Position numbers and translations under genes: made by a program. Below are positions 1-9,673 of a DNA stretch of 64,000 nt, piece after piece. The notes under the pieces are model-generated. The model saw only the letters and a program-made list of their open reading frames with translations. It was not told where the DNA came from and did no database searches. The stretch lies in NCBI GenBank assembly GCA_965203295.1, contig CBDBCZ010000018.1, positions 1,824,001 to 1,888,000 on the forward strand, written 5' to 3'. How positions within the stretch are numbered: the first letter of the stretch is position 1; the number at the start of each line of letters is the position of its first letter. Origin of the DNA: Nitrospirales bacterium (lineage in GTDB: Bacteria; Nitrospirota; Nitrospiria; Nitrospirales; UBA8639).

Positions 1-21
1 TCTATGGGATTCTTACTATCT

Positions 22-811
22 ATTATTACGCCTGGTTGTGTCTGTGTGTTCGTTCGTCCGTTCGTTCGTTCGTCCATCCATGCGTACGTGTGAAAAACGG
101 AAACGGAAGCCGCATGCGTGCGCTCCCGGATGAACTTTCACCTGTGACCAGAGAAGTTCACGGTCACAGGTCAAAGTACCACGTGTCTGTATTTAAGTGC
201 GAGATGATGCTAGCTCTTTCCAGCGACTACAAGCCGTTGTTTCACGATGTCAGGCACTTTTTCACAAAGAATAGTGGCGGTATAGTGAAAGCCAAGCAGA
301 GATATAACTGCTGTGCTAGGCTAACCACATCGATGTGCATTAAATGGAGTCGGTGCCGTTCGCCTGAGCTGCATGTAGCCTGTGGTATAGCTAGGCTACA
401 GTGCTAGCTTACCTTTGAGGTCTAGCAGCTGTTTGTAGTCTCTCCTCTGAGTCACTGCCTCCGGTAGAATGTGGTGTGCACATTTACTGACATTGAACTT
501 TTCTTATTATGTATGAACATGCAAGTAGCCATGCTGAGAATAGAATCTGCCATTCACTTACACGATACACTAGGCCATGGCTGTGAAGAGCGAGGCTATA
601 GTCCTATACTGATTACAGTTTATTGTAATTTTCTCTGTAACACTGTCTCCACGTTTCAGTCTGCCAGCAACACTACTAGCTAAATGTACCCTACAAACCA
701 ACAAATCACATGCAGATTACATGTTTAATCTGCATCTGTACAGAGCGAGTGCAGCGAGCGAGTTCAACACACACAAGTAGTTGTGCGAGCGAAGCAAGCA
801 CAACTACTTGT
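22..811 (+). mobile_element. Putative non-autonomous Helentron/HINE (DINE-1-like) element
   Basis: Starts TTATTACGCC, followed by a (GTTC/GTCC)n microsatellite (about 47-80). Ends in a perfect 14-bp stem ACAAGTAGTTGTGC (773-786) / GCACAACTACTTGT (798-811). This layout resembles HINE/DINE-1 elements; boundaries are uncertain. Confidence 0.35.
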
Positions 812-1427
812 ATTCTATGAAAATTATTCCATGCACTTGTTACAATAGTAACATAATATACTAATTTAATGTTGGACTTCAACCTCGGTTTATTACAAAA
901 TTCTTATACTATGTTTGTAAGTCCTCAGCAGTAGTAGTTACATTAGACCCCCACTCTTATTAACATCATTCTTAATAGTTATTCCAATCCCAGCTTTATC
1001 TAATTGATAGATAAATACAAGTCTATCCATACAGTTCGATATAAACACGTGTTTAGAACCCACATACATGCCAGCCCTCGGTGGCAATCGAGTGTTTGAC
1101 TCTATTAAAAATGGTGGGCCTTACCCTGTTAAATAAGAAAGAGTGGAGAGTAGAAACCGCTTTTGGTATAACTATCAGGTACCCAAATTTAGAGTCGGAT
1201 TTAGCAATTGTTAAGCCCTGCAAATCACTAGATTGCAATTTTTTCATTGTACAGAACCAATTGCTTAACCCTGCCGCATATGCATGGGGTAAAAATGGAA
1301 AATAGAATAGGTGACATACTAAGTACAACCCTGTTCCACCCCTGGCTTATATCTGATTTTTCTCCATCCAAGGCCAGAAATGTGGCTTATGGCTTATGTT
1401 ATGGATAGGAGTAGGTGGGCCTTACCC

Positions 1428-1705
1428 TGAGCATGCAAACTTAAGGTTCTGTGATGTGCCAGTGAATATGTATGGTCATAGGAGGGCATCTACATAATTA
1501 CAAAGAGAAACTGAGCTAAACAAGTCAGCTGCCACGTGAATACAGCTATATGCTAAGAGCAGAACAAACAAGAGCATATACGTACAAAGAAAGTGACAAG
1601 GGTACAGTGAAATGTCTAGTTCGCAGTTTTTGAATCAAACAGACGACTGGTCAAACGTACACTTTAATAACTTCCACACTATAGATCTATGTGTGCATTT
1701 TAATA
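1428..1705 (+). repeat. Dispersed ~275-bp repeat, copy 1 (copy 2 at 3830-4104)
   Basis: Shared blocks such as AAACTTAAGGTTCTGTGATGTG, CAAAGAGAAACTGAGCTAAACAAGTCAG and GTTCGCAGTTTTTGAATCAAACAGACGACTGGTCAAACGTACA. Confidence 0.9.
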
Positions 1706-3219
1706 GATCAATAATTATATCATGCCAAGTTCATGGAAACTGGAGGGGCATCTTAACCCTGAATTAATTGAAACAGTAGCTATACAATCATGCCACTCAC
1801 ATGCAAGTTTGATGTAGCTTCCTGACTGCAACAGATTGCATTTATGTCAGTACAGAAATTTGAAATAGCACTGACCTGCGTGGTAGAGGTTTGCAAAGCT
1901 GAAAACTTTATTGTGTAACAGATTGTAATGGGCAAAGGAGTGTTTCTTATATGAAAGGCCTTGCAATTGAAAACATACAACTGTAGAATATTCATAGCGT
2001 CTGGTTCACTAAAGTAGTTTCAAAAGCCAGCCCACTTACATTCTACAGCATCCATCACTTACAGTATTGGCATGTGGAAGAGACATGTGCTGATAGCCTG
2101 ATGCTGACACTCTTCCACATGCCATGCTGATACTGAAAGTAATCCGTTTGATTCTGTGACTACCACTGAAGTTACCACGTGCCCTTAACAGAGACAAGAA
2201 AAGTACAAGTGTAGGCCAGAGCAAGTTGCCACCCCACCCATGCCCCACAGCCCATGCACAGATGACACTCAATCTACTTCCACAACAAATGTACACTTGT
2301 TTACACAACTGTGTGAACAAACAAATATAACTAGGAGGTAAGATGCAAAAAGCCTTGTGTCAAAGTACCATTGGGTAAGTGTTCTACAAATACCTGTCCA
2401 ATCTTACTAATGCATTGCTTCTGATTTGAAAGCATGTCCACTTATGTAATAGGGCCAATGCTCTGTAAGTATACAAACATACTATCATAAGTGAAGTACA
2501 AAGAACTAAAACATGACAGCTATTTGGGCTTTGTCAGTGCAGTGATGGTGTGTGTAGCACCTAGAGCTGACCAGCAGCTACATACAGCTCTTAATTTGAC
2601 TCACACCAGGAAAGCCTCCATGAATTAAAAGTGAACAAAGGTTTTACTGTAGTTTAGCTTTTCTCTGGTCTCCTAATCCTCCAATTACAATAGAAAAACT
2701 ACTGATAAACATGATTTGCTAAATCAACCCAAAAAGTTAGCAACACCCAACAGCCAGACACTGAAGCCAGACACACTAATTTATTCCAGCCCAGTTGCTA
2801 GGGTAGGCTAAGGTACCCCAGTGGTTATTGATAATGACAAGATCATCATTGCAAGACATGTCCAACTACCTCTGTGATTGCACAGCAACATGACTGTTTT
2901 CCAAGAGCGCATATATATAAACTATTATATGCACTCATGCTTTTGACAGATATTGGTATTGTCATTACCACGGATCAGCAGCTGTTTGATAGAGATTCCT
3001 TCAGACCCAGTTACTCACTTATCGGTTCAATAAAGTGACACCTGTTAATTCCAAGTTTCAGCTAACTGTGAGACATGATCCAGCATTGTTCTCAGCTGCT
3101 GGTCGACACTAGCTACCAGGAATCCAATACCTGATTCTGTGAAAGTGTTTAGCCAACTACGTACATTGTATACTATTGCACCTACGAACAAACTGGTGTG
3201 CTTTATTTTAACATTTCTA

Positions 3220-3589
3220 ATTACCTACATAGACAGTTATGTGTATCTCTTATAGCTTCGAATCAAGGCTACGTATATCTCTTACCTGTGCTCTCCCAGT
3301 TCCTTTACTTCATGTGCTTGATTCATTCTTCCCAGCTCCCTGGGATATTGGGGGTATCATCAAATGTGCTGGGAAGGAGTCAATAGTTCCACCTGTACAA
3401 TGTGAAGACACAGCTACTGTACACACTGCCTAGTTCAAGAAAGTGCTGCAGTAACAATAGAGCAATTAGCGATAAACATTTGTGACTTTCCTGATAAGGA
3501 ATATAAACGGAGCTGATCTGCTTGGCTGAGTCAGCCATCTCCTATGCTTATGCATTACATGCATAACTTGTCCTAATATCGCTAGGGTC
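3220..3589 (+). repeat. Duplicated segment homologous to 48706-49095 (TRAPPC13 exon plus flanking intron)
   Basis: Near-identical blocks, e.g. ATTACCTACATAGACAGTTATGTGTAT...CTTACCTGTGCTCTCCCAGTTCCTTTACTTCATG and GGAAGGAGTCAATAGTTCCACCTGTACAATGTGAAGAC. Confidence 0.92.
3286..3392 (-). pseudogene. TRAPPC13: Isolated decayed TRAPPC13 exon with two in-frame stops
   Basis: cag|GTG...CACAG|gtaag; translates VELLTPSQHI**YPQYPRELGRMNQAHEVKELGEH. HEVKELGEH matches the recalled TRAPPC13 motif HEVKEIGTH. Confidence 0.75.
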
Positions 3590-3829
3590 AAAATAGCTTT
3601 CCGACCACATTCAATAGTGTAATGCCTCTAATTACCTGGGTCCTCACATCACCTTTCTATAAAAGCTAATAATCAACCCTTGTCTCTGATGTTTGAAAAT
3701 ACTCTCCCTTATCCAAACTACCTCATACAAGACTATCAACAGATTAGCCATTCTTTTCTCCCCATACTTAAAAAACTCCCCAACTAGTCCATCATTACCT
3801 CCCGTTTTATTACTTTTAAGAACACTTTT
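3590..3829 (-). mobile_element. Decayed non-LTR (LINE) reverse transcriptase fragment
   Basis: LKSNKTGGNDGLVGEFFKYG...WIRESI...GLIISFY, then after frameshifts DPGN and RGITLLNVVGKLF. This matches the LINE RT motifs K..K..G.DG...E..K and P.NYR.I.LL....K.F. Confidence 0.85.
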
Positions 3830-4104
3830 TGAGCATTCAAACTTAAGGTTCTGTGATGTGCTAGTGAATATGTCATAAGAGGGTATGTACATACATTTAC
3901 AAAGAGAAACTGAGCTAAACAAGTCAGTTGCCACATGATTACAGTTACGTACATGCTAAGAGCTGGACAAACAAGAGCATATATGTACGAAGAAAGTGAC
4001 AAGGGTATAGTGAAATGTCAAGTTCGCAGTTTTTGAATCAAACAGACGACTGGTCAAACGTACAATTTAATAACTTCCACACGATGTATGTGTGCATTTT
4101 AATA
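3830..4104 (+). repeat. Dispersed ~275-bp repeat, copy 2
   Basis: Homologous to 1428-1705; abuts the LINE fragment. Confidence 0.9.
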
Positions 4105-4809
4105 CATGAGTATGTTGTTTAGTAATTATAAACCAACAAGTCACCCATAGAGGTGGTCTTTCAAGAGTTCCAGTGTTACTCTAAGCTTTTGTTGGGCTAC
4201 ATTGGGATACACACAAGCTGCAAAGCAACAGACCTATATTTGCATAGTTCTAGTCACTTGGAAGGCACCACCACAGTGTACAAACCCCATCTACTTTGGC
4301 AGTGCCTTTCAAGCCAGGGTATACACATCCATATACCCTAGGGTACATGAGGGTTGCTGGGCAACTGTGATAGTCTGTTCTACAAACTGTGAAACAATTA
4401 GCTGGCAAACCAGTTCATATGGGAAAATTAAGCTGTAGACTACTTCTTATTACATTCAGTAGAGTTATTCTAAGGTAGCTGACTCATAGTACTACACATG
4501 TTTCCATAGTAAGCACCAAACTAGAGCAAGCATATAATGCAATCTCTGGTTTTGGTAGTTACATGCACTTGCTAGTTAATAGAAATATTATATATTATAT
4601 CTATTGTTATTCGGAACAACTGGAATCAAGATAGCCAGGATTATAAGGCAACGTTACATGTATTTTATTACGATGTATATTCTGACTTGTATTACTATAA
4701 TTACACGCATTCCTGCAATTTTTCTTTACGATTAATTACTAAACTTATGTAAGACAATTGTGAGGAATCTGACAAACGTTTTGCAAGGTTCTTACACCAG
4801 ATCTTGCAG

Positions 4810-4830
4810 TAGTCTCGATACGCGAGGCTA
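4810..4830. mobile_element. 21-bp TAG...CTA mini-element with perfect 9-bp TSD
   Basis: ATCTTGCAG|TAGTCTCGATACGCGAGGCTA|ATCTTGCAG. Confidence 0.75.
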
Positions 4831-5299
4831 ATCTTGCAGGACTTCCCTATGAGCCTAGCAAGAATTCACACAAGATTTTAATGCCTACCATCTTGCAAGA
4901 TTTTTGTTGCAAGATGAGAAATCTTGCTAGGGCAGAATGCCTACTGTCATCTTAGTTCTCATGCAGCTACAACATATAGCTCACCAGGCCTGGCAGAATT
5001 TTTCCAGCACTGTCTCTGGCATTCGACATAGGCAAATTATGGGCGCACTCCCACTTTTCAGACATCGCAGCTGTGGTTGAAAGGTAGATATAAGCGCAGT
5101 CTGGCGTAGCTAGCTCTTCGCGAGCTCCATGTAGTTCCGAGTTCTCGCAGCAGCGCTCAGCGTTACGCGCCGCGCACGAAGTCACATGTGGCGCATATGC
5201 GCTTGTAGTTAATCCCAGCATAGCTACAATAGTTATGCATGGTTATTGCATTTATGATCTCAGCCCCGCCCACGAAGCGCATATAGAATCTGGCGCCGG

Positions 5300-5414
5300 T
5301 GTAAGGGCGATTTGGGGACCCCCGCGATATGGGGACCCCGTCCCAAAAACGCTAGCGATGTGAGGACCCCCACGGGCCCTATTTCGCTAGCGGTACGGGG
5401 ATCCCGTACCGCTA
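5300..5414. repeat. GC-rich GGGGACCCC/GCGAT short repeat cluster ending in a palindrome; probable MITE remnant
   Basis: Repeated GCGAT(A/T/G)TG(G/A)GGACCCC units; TAGCGGTACGGG (5388-5399) / CCCGTACCGCTA (5403-5414). Confidence 0.4.
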
Positions 5415-5576
5415 TGTATGTACAATTCTCATTCTGTTATCAGCATCTCAGCTAGAGTTGCCAAACTACAGATCACCTGCTTAAAGGTTAGTAAAGTAAT
5501 TGCTCAGGTTCTCTTTTTGGCACTCGGTTGTGAAGTTGGATTAGCAAAGGCATGTCACTGATACCTGTCTTCCTCA

Positions 5577-5615
5577 TAGTCTCGCGAGCCAGCGAGGGGC
5601 TGGCTCACGAGACTA
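5577..5615. mobile_element. Palindromic TAG...CTA mini-element (39 bp)
   Basis: TAGTCTCGCGAGCCAGC...GCTGGCTCACGAGACTA; flanks TCTTCCTCA / TCTTCCTAT (7 of 9 match). Confidence 0.7.
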
Positions 5616-6016
5616 TCTTCCTATACTAGTACTAATACTATGAACCAGATTCCTTAACCAGCATTAGATAGCAGTTATTGCTATGTTGATAGAAGGGCTT
5701 CCAAAGATCTAGATTCCATGCTCTAAGGGAAAATTATTTACAAGCATAGACAGTAGAGTACTATAACCCATCATAACCAAGCAGTCTAAACGATAAGCCA
5801 GGTAGCATTTATATATTGATCGGAGTTCTCTTTCCACCAACCATGAATTTGGCGTCTCAAAACCTTCATTGTCAAAGGAATGCTGACTTTTTAACTGCTG
5901 TGCTGCTGTCTTCATCAGGGCAGACATCAATACAGTAGCTACAGGCCAAACCAAAAGCAAAGAATTCAAAGTCTTCGGGATTAGTCTAGCCTACTCAGCT
6001 CCTAGAAGGGAAGCCC

Positions 6017-6080
6017 TAGCCTCATACCTAGGCCTTCCCTGCACTCGCGAAAGTGCGGGGAAGGCCTGGGTACAAGGCTA
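6017..6080. mobile_element. Palindromic TAG...CTA mini-element (64 bp)
   Basis: TAGCCTCATACCTAGGCCTTCCC...GGGAAGGCCTGGGTACAAGGCTA; flanks GGGAAGCCC / GTTATGCCC (6 of 9 match). Confidence 0.65.
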
Positions 6081-6114
6081 GTTATGCCCAGTATTCTTAT
6101 TTATTCTCAAATAG

Positions 6115-6318
6115 ATTTGGTATTCAGAAACAGGAGTACCTTTTCCTTCTCTTCAACTGTGAACTGGATGGTGGGATGTATACCATTGAGTAGTCTCGGT
6201 ACCAGCCCACCTATCAAGTCGGAGATCGCTTACAGTATCCCGCCACTAAGCGATCTCCGACTTGATAGGTGGGCTGGTACCGAGACTAACCATTGAGATG
6301 GTAGTAAATGTTTTGTAG
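6115..6318 (-). mobile_element. Penelope-like reverse transcriptase fragment interrupted by a MITE
   Basis: Removing 6191-6288 and one TSD copy gives LQNIYYHLNGIHPTIQFTVEEKEKVLLFLNTK, matching the recalled Penelope RT motif HLN..HP.I.FT.E.E....L.FLD. Confidence 0.7.
6191..6288. mobile_element. 98-bp hairpin MITE with perfect 42-bp TIRs and 9-bp TSD
   Basis: Arms 6191-6232 and 6247-6288 are exact reverse complements around a 14-nt spacer; ACCATTGAG is duplicated at 6182-6190 and 6289-6297. Confidence 0.92.
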
Positions 6319-7255
6319 CATTATAGCACACTGAATAATAAAAGTTTTAAAGAAATCATTTAAAAATGAAAGAGCATGTAGGGATGGAATCGCAAAAAAG
6401 TAACCAAACAAGGTAGCAATGACACAACAGAGCTTGATTCTACACCCCCATCCCTAACCCTGCATGAATACAATTAGTGCCTGGCATGCCCGTATTTTAC
6501 TTCTGAACTCTTGTGTCCAAGTGACAGGTAACAACATACATAGAAAGCATTCACATACAGCATTCAACTACAGCAATAAAAGAACATAGGTAAAACAATA
6601 TCACTTATCAGATGATAAGGGCACATGTATCTGTCATGTTCATTTCACTTCCAACCTACACAGAAATAATCAAATGTGTTACTATATATACACAATATGT
6701 TATAGCTAAACCATCCCCTAGACACTTTTACCAGTAATCAGGAGACTGTTCCAGGTAAACCAGCAATACATGAGACACTTTTAGTAATGGTCCCAAGGCT
6801 CATGGCATGAGTTACGAGAATGTTCTAAGTTACAATGAATGTACATATTGCTACACTAGACGAAGCTTCAGCAAATTACAAATTCTGTCCATAGTGGCTA
6901 TCTTGCCATAATACATGTCTGTACTATTTTCCGACCATAAGCAACACTTAATTCTACTCATGTGACCTTCAACAGATCAGAAGTCTCAAAATCGATCACA
7001 TGAGTGTGCATTAAATTGCTTAGTTCACACATACGTAGTAGCTAATGTAGTATGGTTTGTACACTCTCCCAGAAGCTTCTGAAATAGTTTTCCACAAAAA
7101 AAGAAACAAAATATAGCTGTCCTGGGCAAAGTCCACGACAACTATAACTTAGTACCAGCTGGGGTGCACTTCATGTTTATCTGGGTGGTAAAAACTACAA
7201 ATAGTGCTCCCAGAATAGATCGGTTTAATATTATATACACAAACATAGTACAACC

Positions 7256-7743
7256 TACCAACTAGCATAAGTCTTTCAGACTCAAGTAGTTCCGGGGAAT
7301 CTTTCAGCCTGCATGTACATGTAGATGAACGGCACTGACTTTATTTTATGCATGTCTAGCATAGCAGTTACGGCTGTGCACGGTTTACACTTACAGTATC
7401 GTGCAATCATGGTTTATTAGTGGACGTCACATCCGTTACACACGCACAGGCGCACACAGAACCAAATGTAAAGTATAGATGCATACCTCATTCTGGAGCT
7501 ACTGTGCTACACTGACCGTATTCTCTGTCGGCATCTATAGTTTGCTTCTTATATGACATAATTTAGACACACTTCCAAGTTAAAATTCCCACTATCAGAT
7601 TGTGTACATGTTGTCATTAAATAAGTTACCTTCGCAGAAGTGAAATGCTGTTTTCATTTACTGCTTCTCCATCAGATAACACAGTTGACTTTTGCGGTGA
7701 TTGTACTGTCAGAGGCAGAAGAATGAATGACTGTGCACGACTC
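7256..7743 (-). pseudogene. Possible decayed exons of an unidentified gene
   Basis: Three AG/GT-bounded, phase-compatible segments: 7743-7630 (SRAQSFILLPLTVQSPQKSTVLSDGEAVNENSISLLR), about 7535-7488 (CRQRIRSV*HSSSRM) and about 7307-7258 (LKDSPELLESERLMLV). No homology recognised. Confidence 0.25.
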
Positions 7744-8828
7744 CTACAGTGTGAATCAATAGTTGTACACTGCACTACTATGTATTCCAGCAACCCCAGC
7801 AAGCTTTCTCTGTAATTACTACTACATGGTGATCTTTATCAAGGCAGTTACTACAAAAGCACTATTGTGTATCAACTGCCTGATGTACAGGCACCCCAAA
7901 ATCAGAGCAACAATCTAGGATAAAAAGGTGTAATTTCTTACCCTAATATGCAATGTTTGCAGGAAGAACTTAAGACTAGAAAAAACTAAGCACACGATAT
8001 GTAATTCTAGATAACATGTAGATTAAGCTAAAAACAATATATTATACCTACCATATGAGGTGCACTGATAGTTGCATGATAACCTAATGAAAAAAAACAT
8101 GAGCATTATGTAGCCTCGAACCCAGCCGTCTCTGGCAATGGTCAAGAGATTGTTATATTAATAGTTTTGCGGGTAGTGCCACATACGTAAAAGTAGCAGA
8201 TCTTCAATTAATTAATATTGTTCTTGCACTATGAACATACAAGCATCCATGTCAAATGCCGAAGTCACAAGTGAATGCACACACCTACATAGCTATAGGA
8301 TGCACTCTTAATAGCCTGTCTGCTTGTGTATCTGTACTTTTCTTGTGCATTAAGTACATCATTGCATAGCGAGTACAATAGAAGCTACTGAAAGTTTGTA
8401 GGCCAATTAGCTACATCAGCTTAGTTTCCTAGATAGTGAAGAAGATTTGGAAGCCCACCATGAGTTAGCAGTTCCACTAAATTTAGTTGAGACAGCCTAA
8501 CAAAACACTTCCGTTTACGGCAACATACATTTGCAAGTTGACTGTCCATAGGAGAAGGCAAATACGTTTGCAAGTTGGCTGTCCACAGGAGAAGGTAAAT
8601 AGGCAGTGGCTCTCAAATATTTAACTAGGTTAGGCTGTCGGAATCAAAGGCTAACAGTTACTGCGTACACATACACTGGGAACAGTTCACCTGCCATAGG
8701 AAAGTGATGAGCAGGAGGTAGTTCGTGACCCACCGAGGGATTAGGGGTTTGGGCCTGCATGAGGAAAAAAGCATGGAAGATTTACATCTGATTCACAGAG
8801 TGCCTCTATCACTGTACCTACACACGCA

Positions 8829-8980
<152 letters not shown>

Positions 8981-9273
8981 CATGCTATGTACAATCCTCC
9001 ACACCATTGACGATTGGTGTGCTGATAATTATGACAAGCAATCACAGATATGTATAGTAAATCTAGATATCTGCAGCTGGTTGGTATTTTCTTTCTACTT
9101 TTCTAGTAGTCGCATTCCCAGACAGACCTAAAATCTTGTTTCTGTGGTGAAGATAAGCATGCGGCGAGCTCAGTCAGGCTCACCCTGATGTTGTGTTAGC
9201 CTCGAATCCTGGGTTTGAGGCTGCATGATGTCGTATGGCAGTCATCTTGAATATGTATTATATACATGTAGCT

Positions 9274-9673
9274 ATGTATTTGCTAAAAGAGAGTCTTTTC
9301 ATTGTCTTACAATCTTCCAATTGTGTGGTTAAGCCTAACAAGAATGATGTCTACTTACGTATGCGTAGGATTTCAATAGTTTCCTGGTCTCCCAACATTA
9401 GAGGGTTTGGTGGAGCAATTTTTTCTGGCAGCACTATGCCATACATATGTGTGATGCTAAATTCCCCACCCTGAGTATCTGAGTGACAGAACTTTGCGGA
9501 CTTAGTAATATAGTTTATAGGTAGCTGTGTTAAACATTGATATGTCCTTAGTTTGTGTATGGTTTCAGGGATAATGGTGTGGTTTTGTTAGAGAGTTGAA
9601 ATAAGATTTGAAGAGATATAGAACGTTTTGAAGTAAGTTTTTGTTGAAGTCAAGTGAAGGAACAAGCACTAGA
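9274..9673 (+). repeat. Unique satellite flank, copy 1 (duplicated at 12426-12825)
   Basis: ATGTATTTGCTAAAAGAGAGTC...GAACAAGCACTAGATATTTGAC recurs 3,152 bp downstream with scattered substitutions. Confidence 0.93.

Noticed and set aside
36..2320. Short ORFs in the first 2.3 kb
   Set aside because: No recognisable domains; they overlap repeat-derived or AT-rich non-coding sequence.
2950..3130. Cadherin-like or Ig-like exon remnant
   Set aside because: Only a few residues resemble the motifs, and multiple stops occur on both strands.
8530..8603. 37-bp imperfect tandem duplication
   Set aside because: Real, but an ordinary two-copy local duplication.
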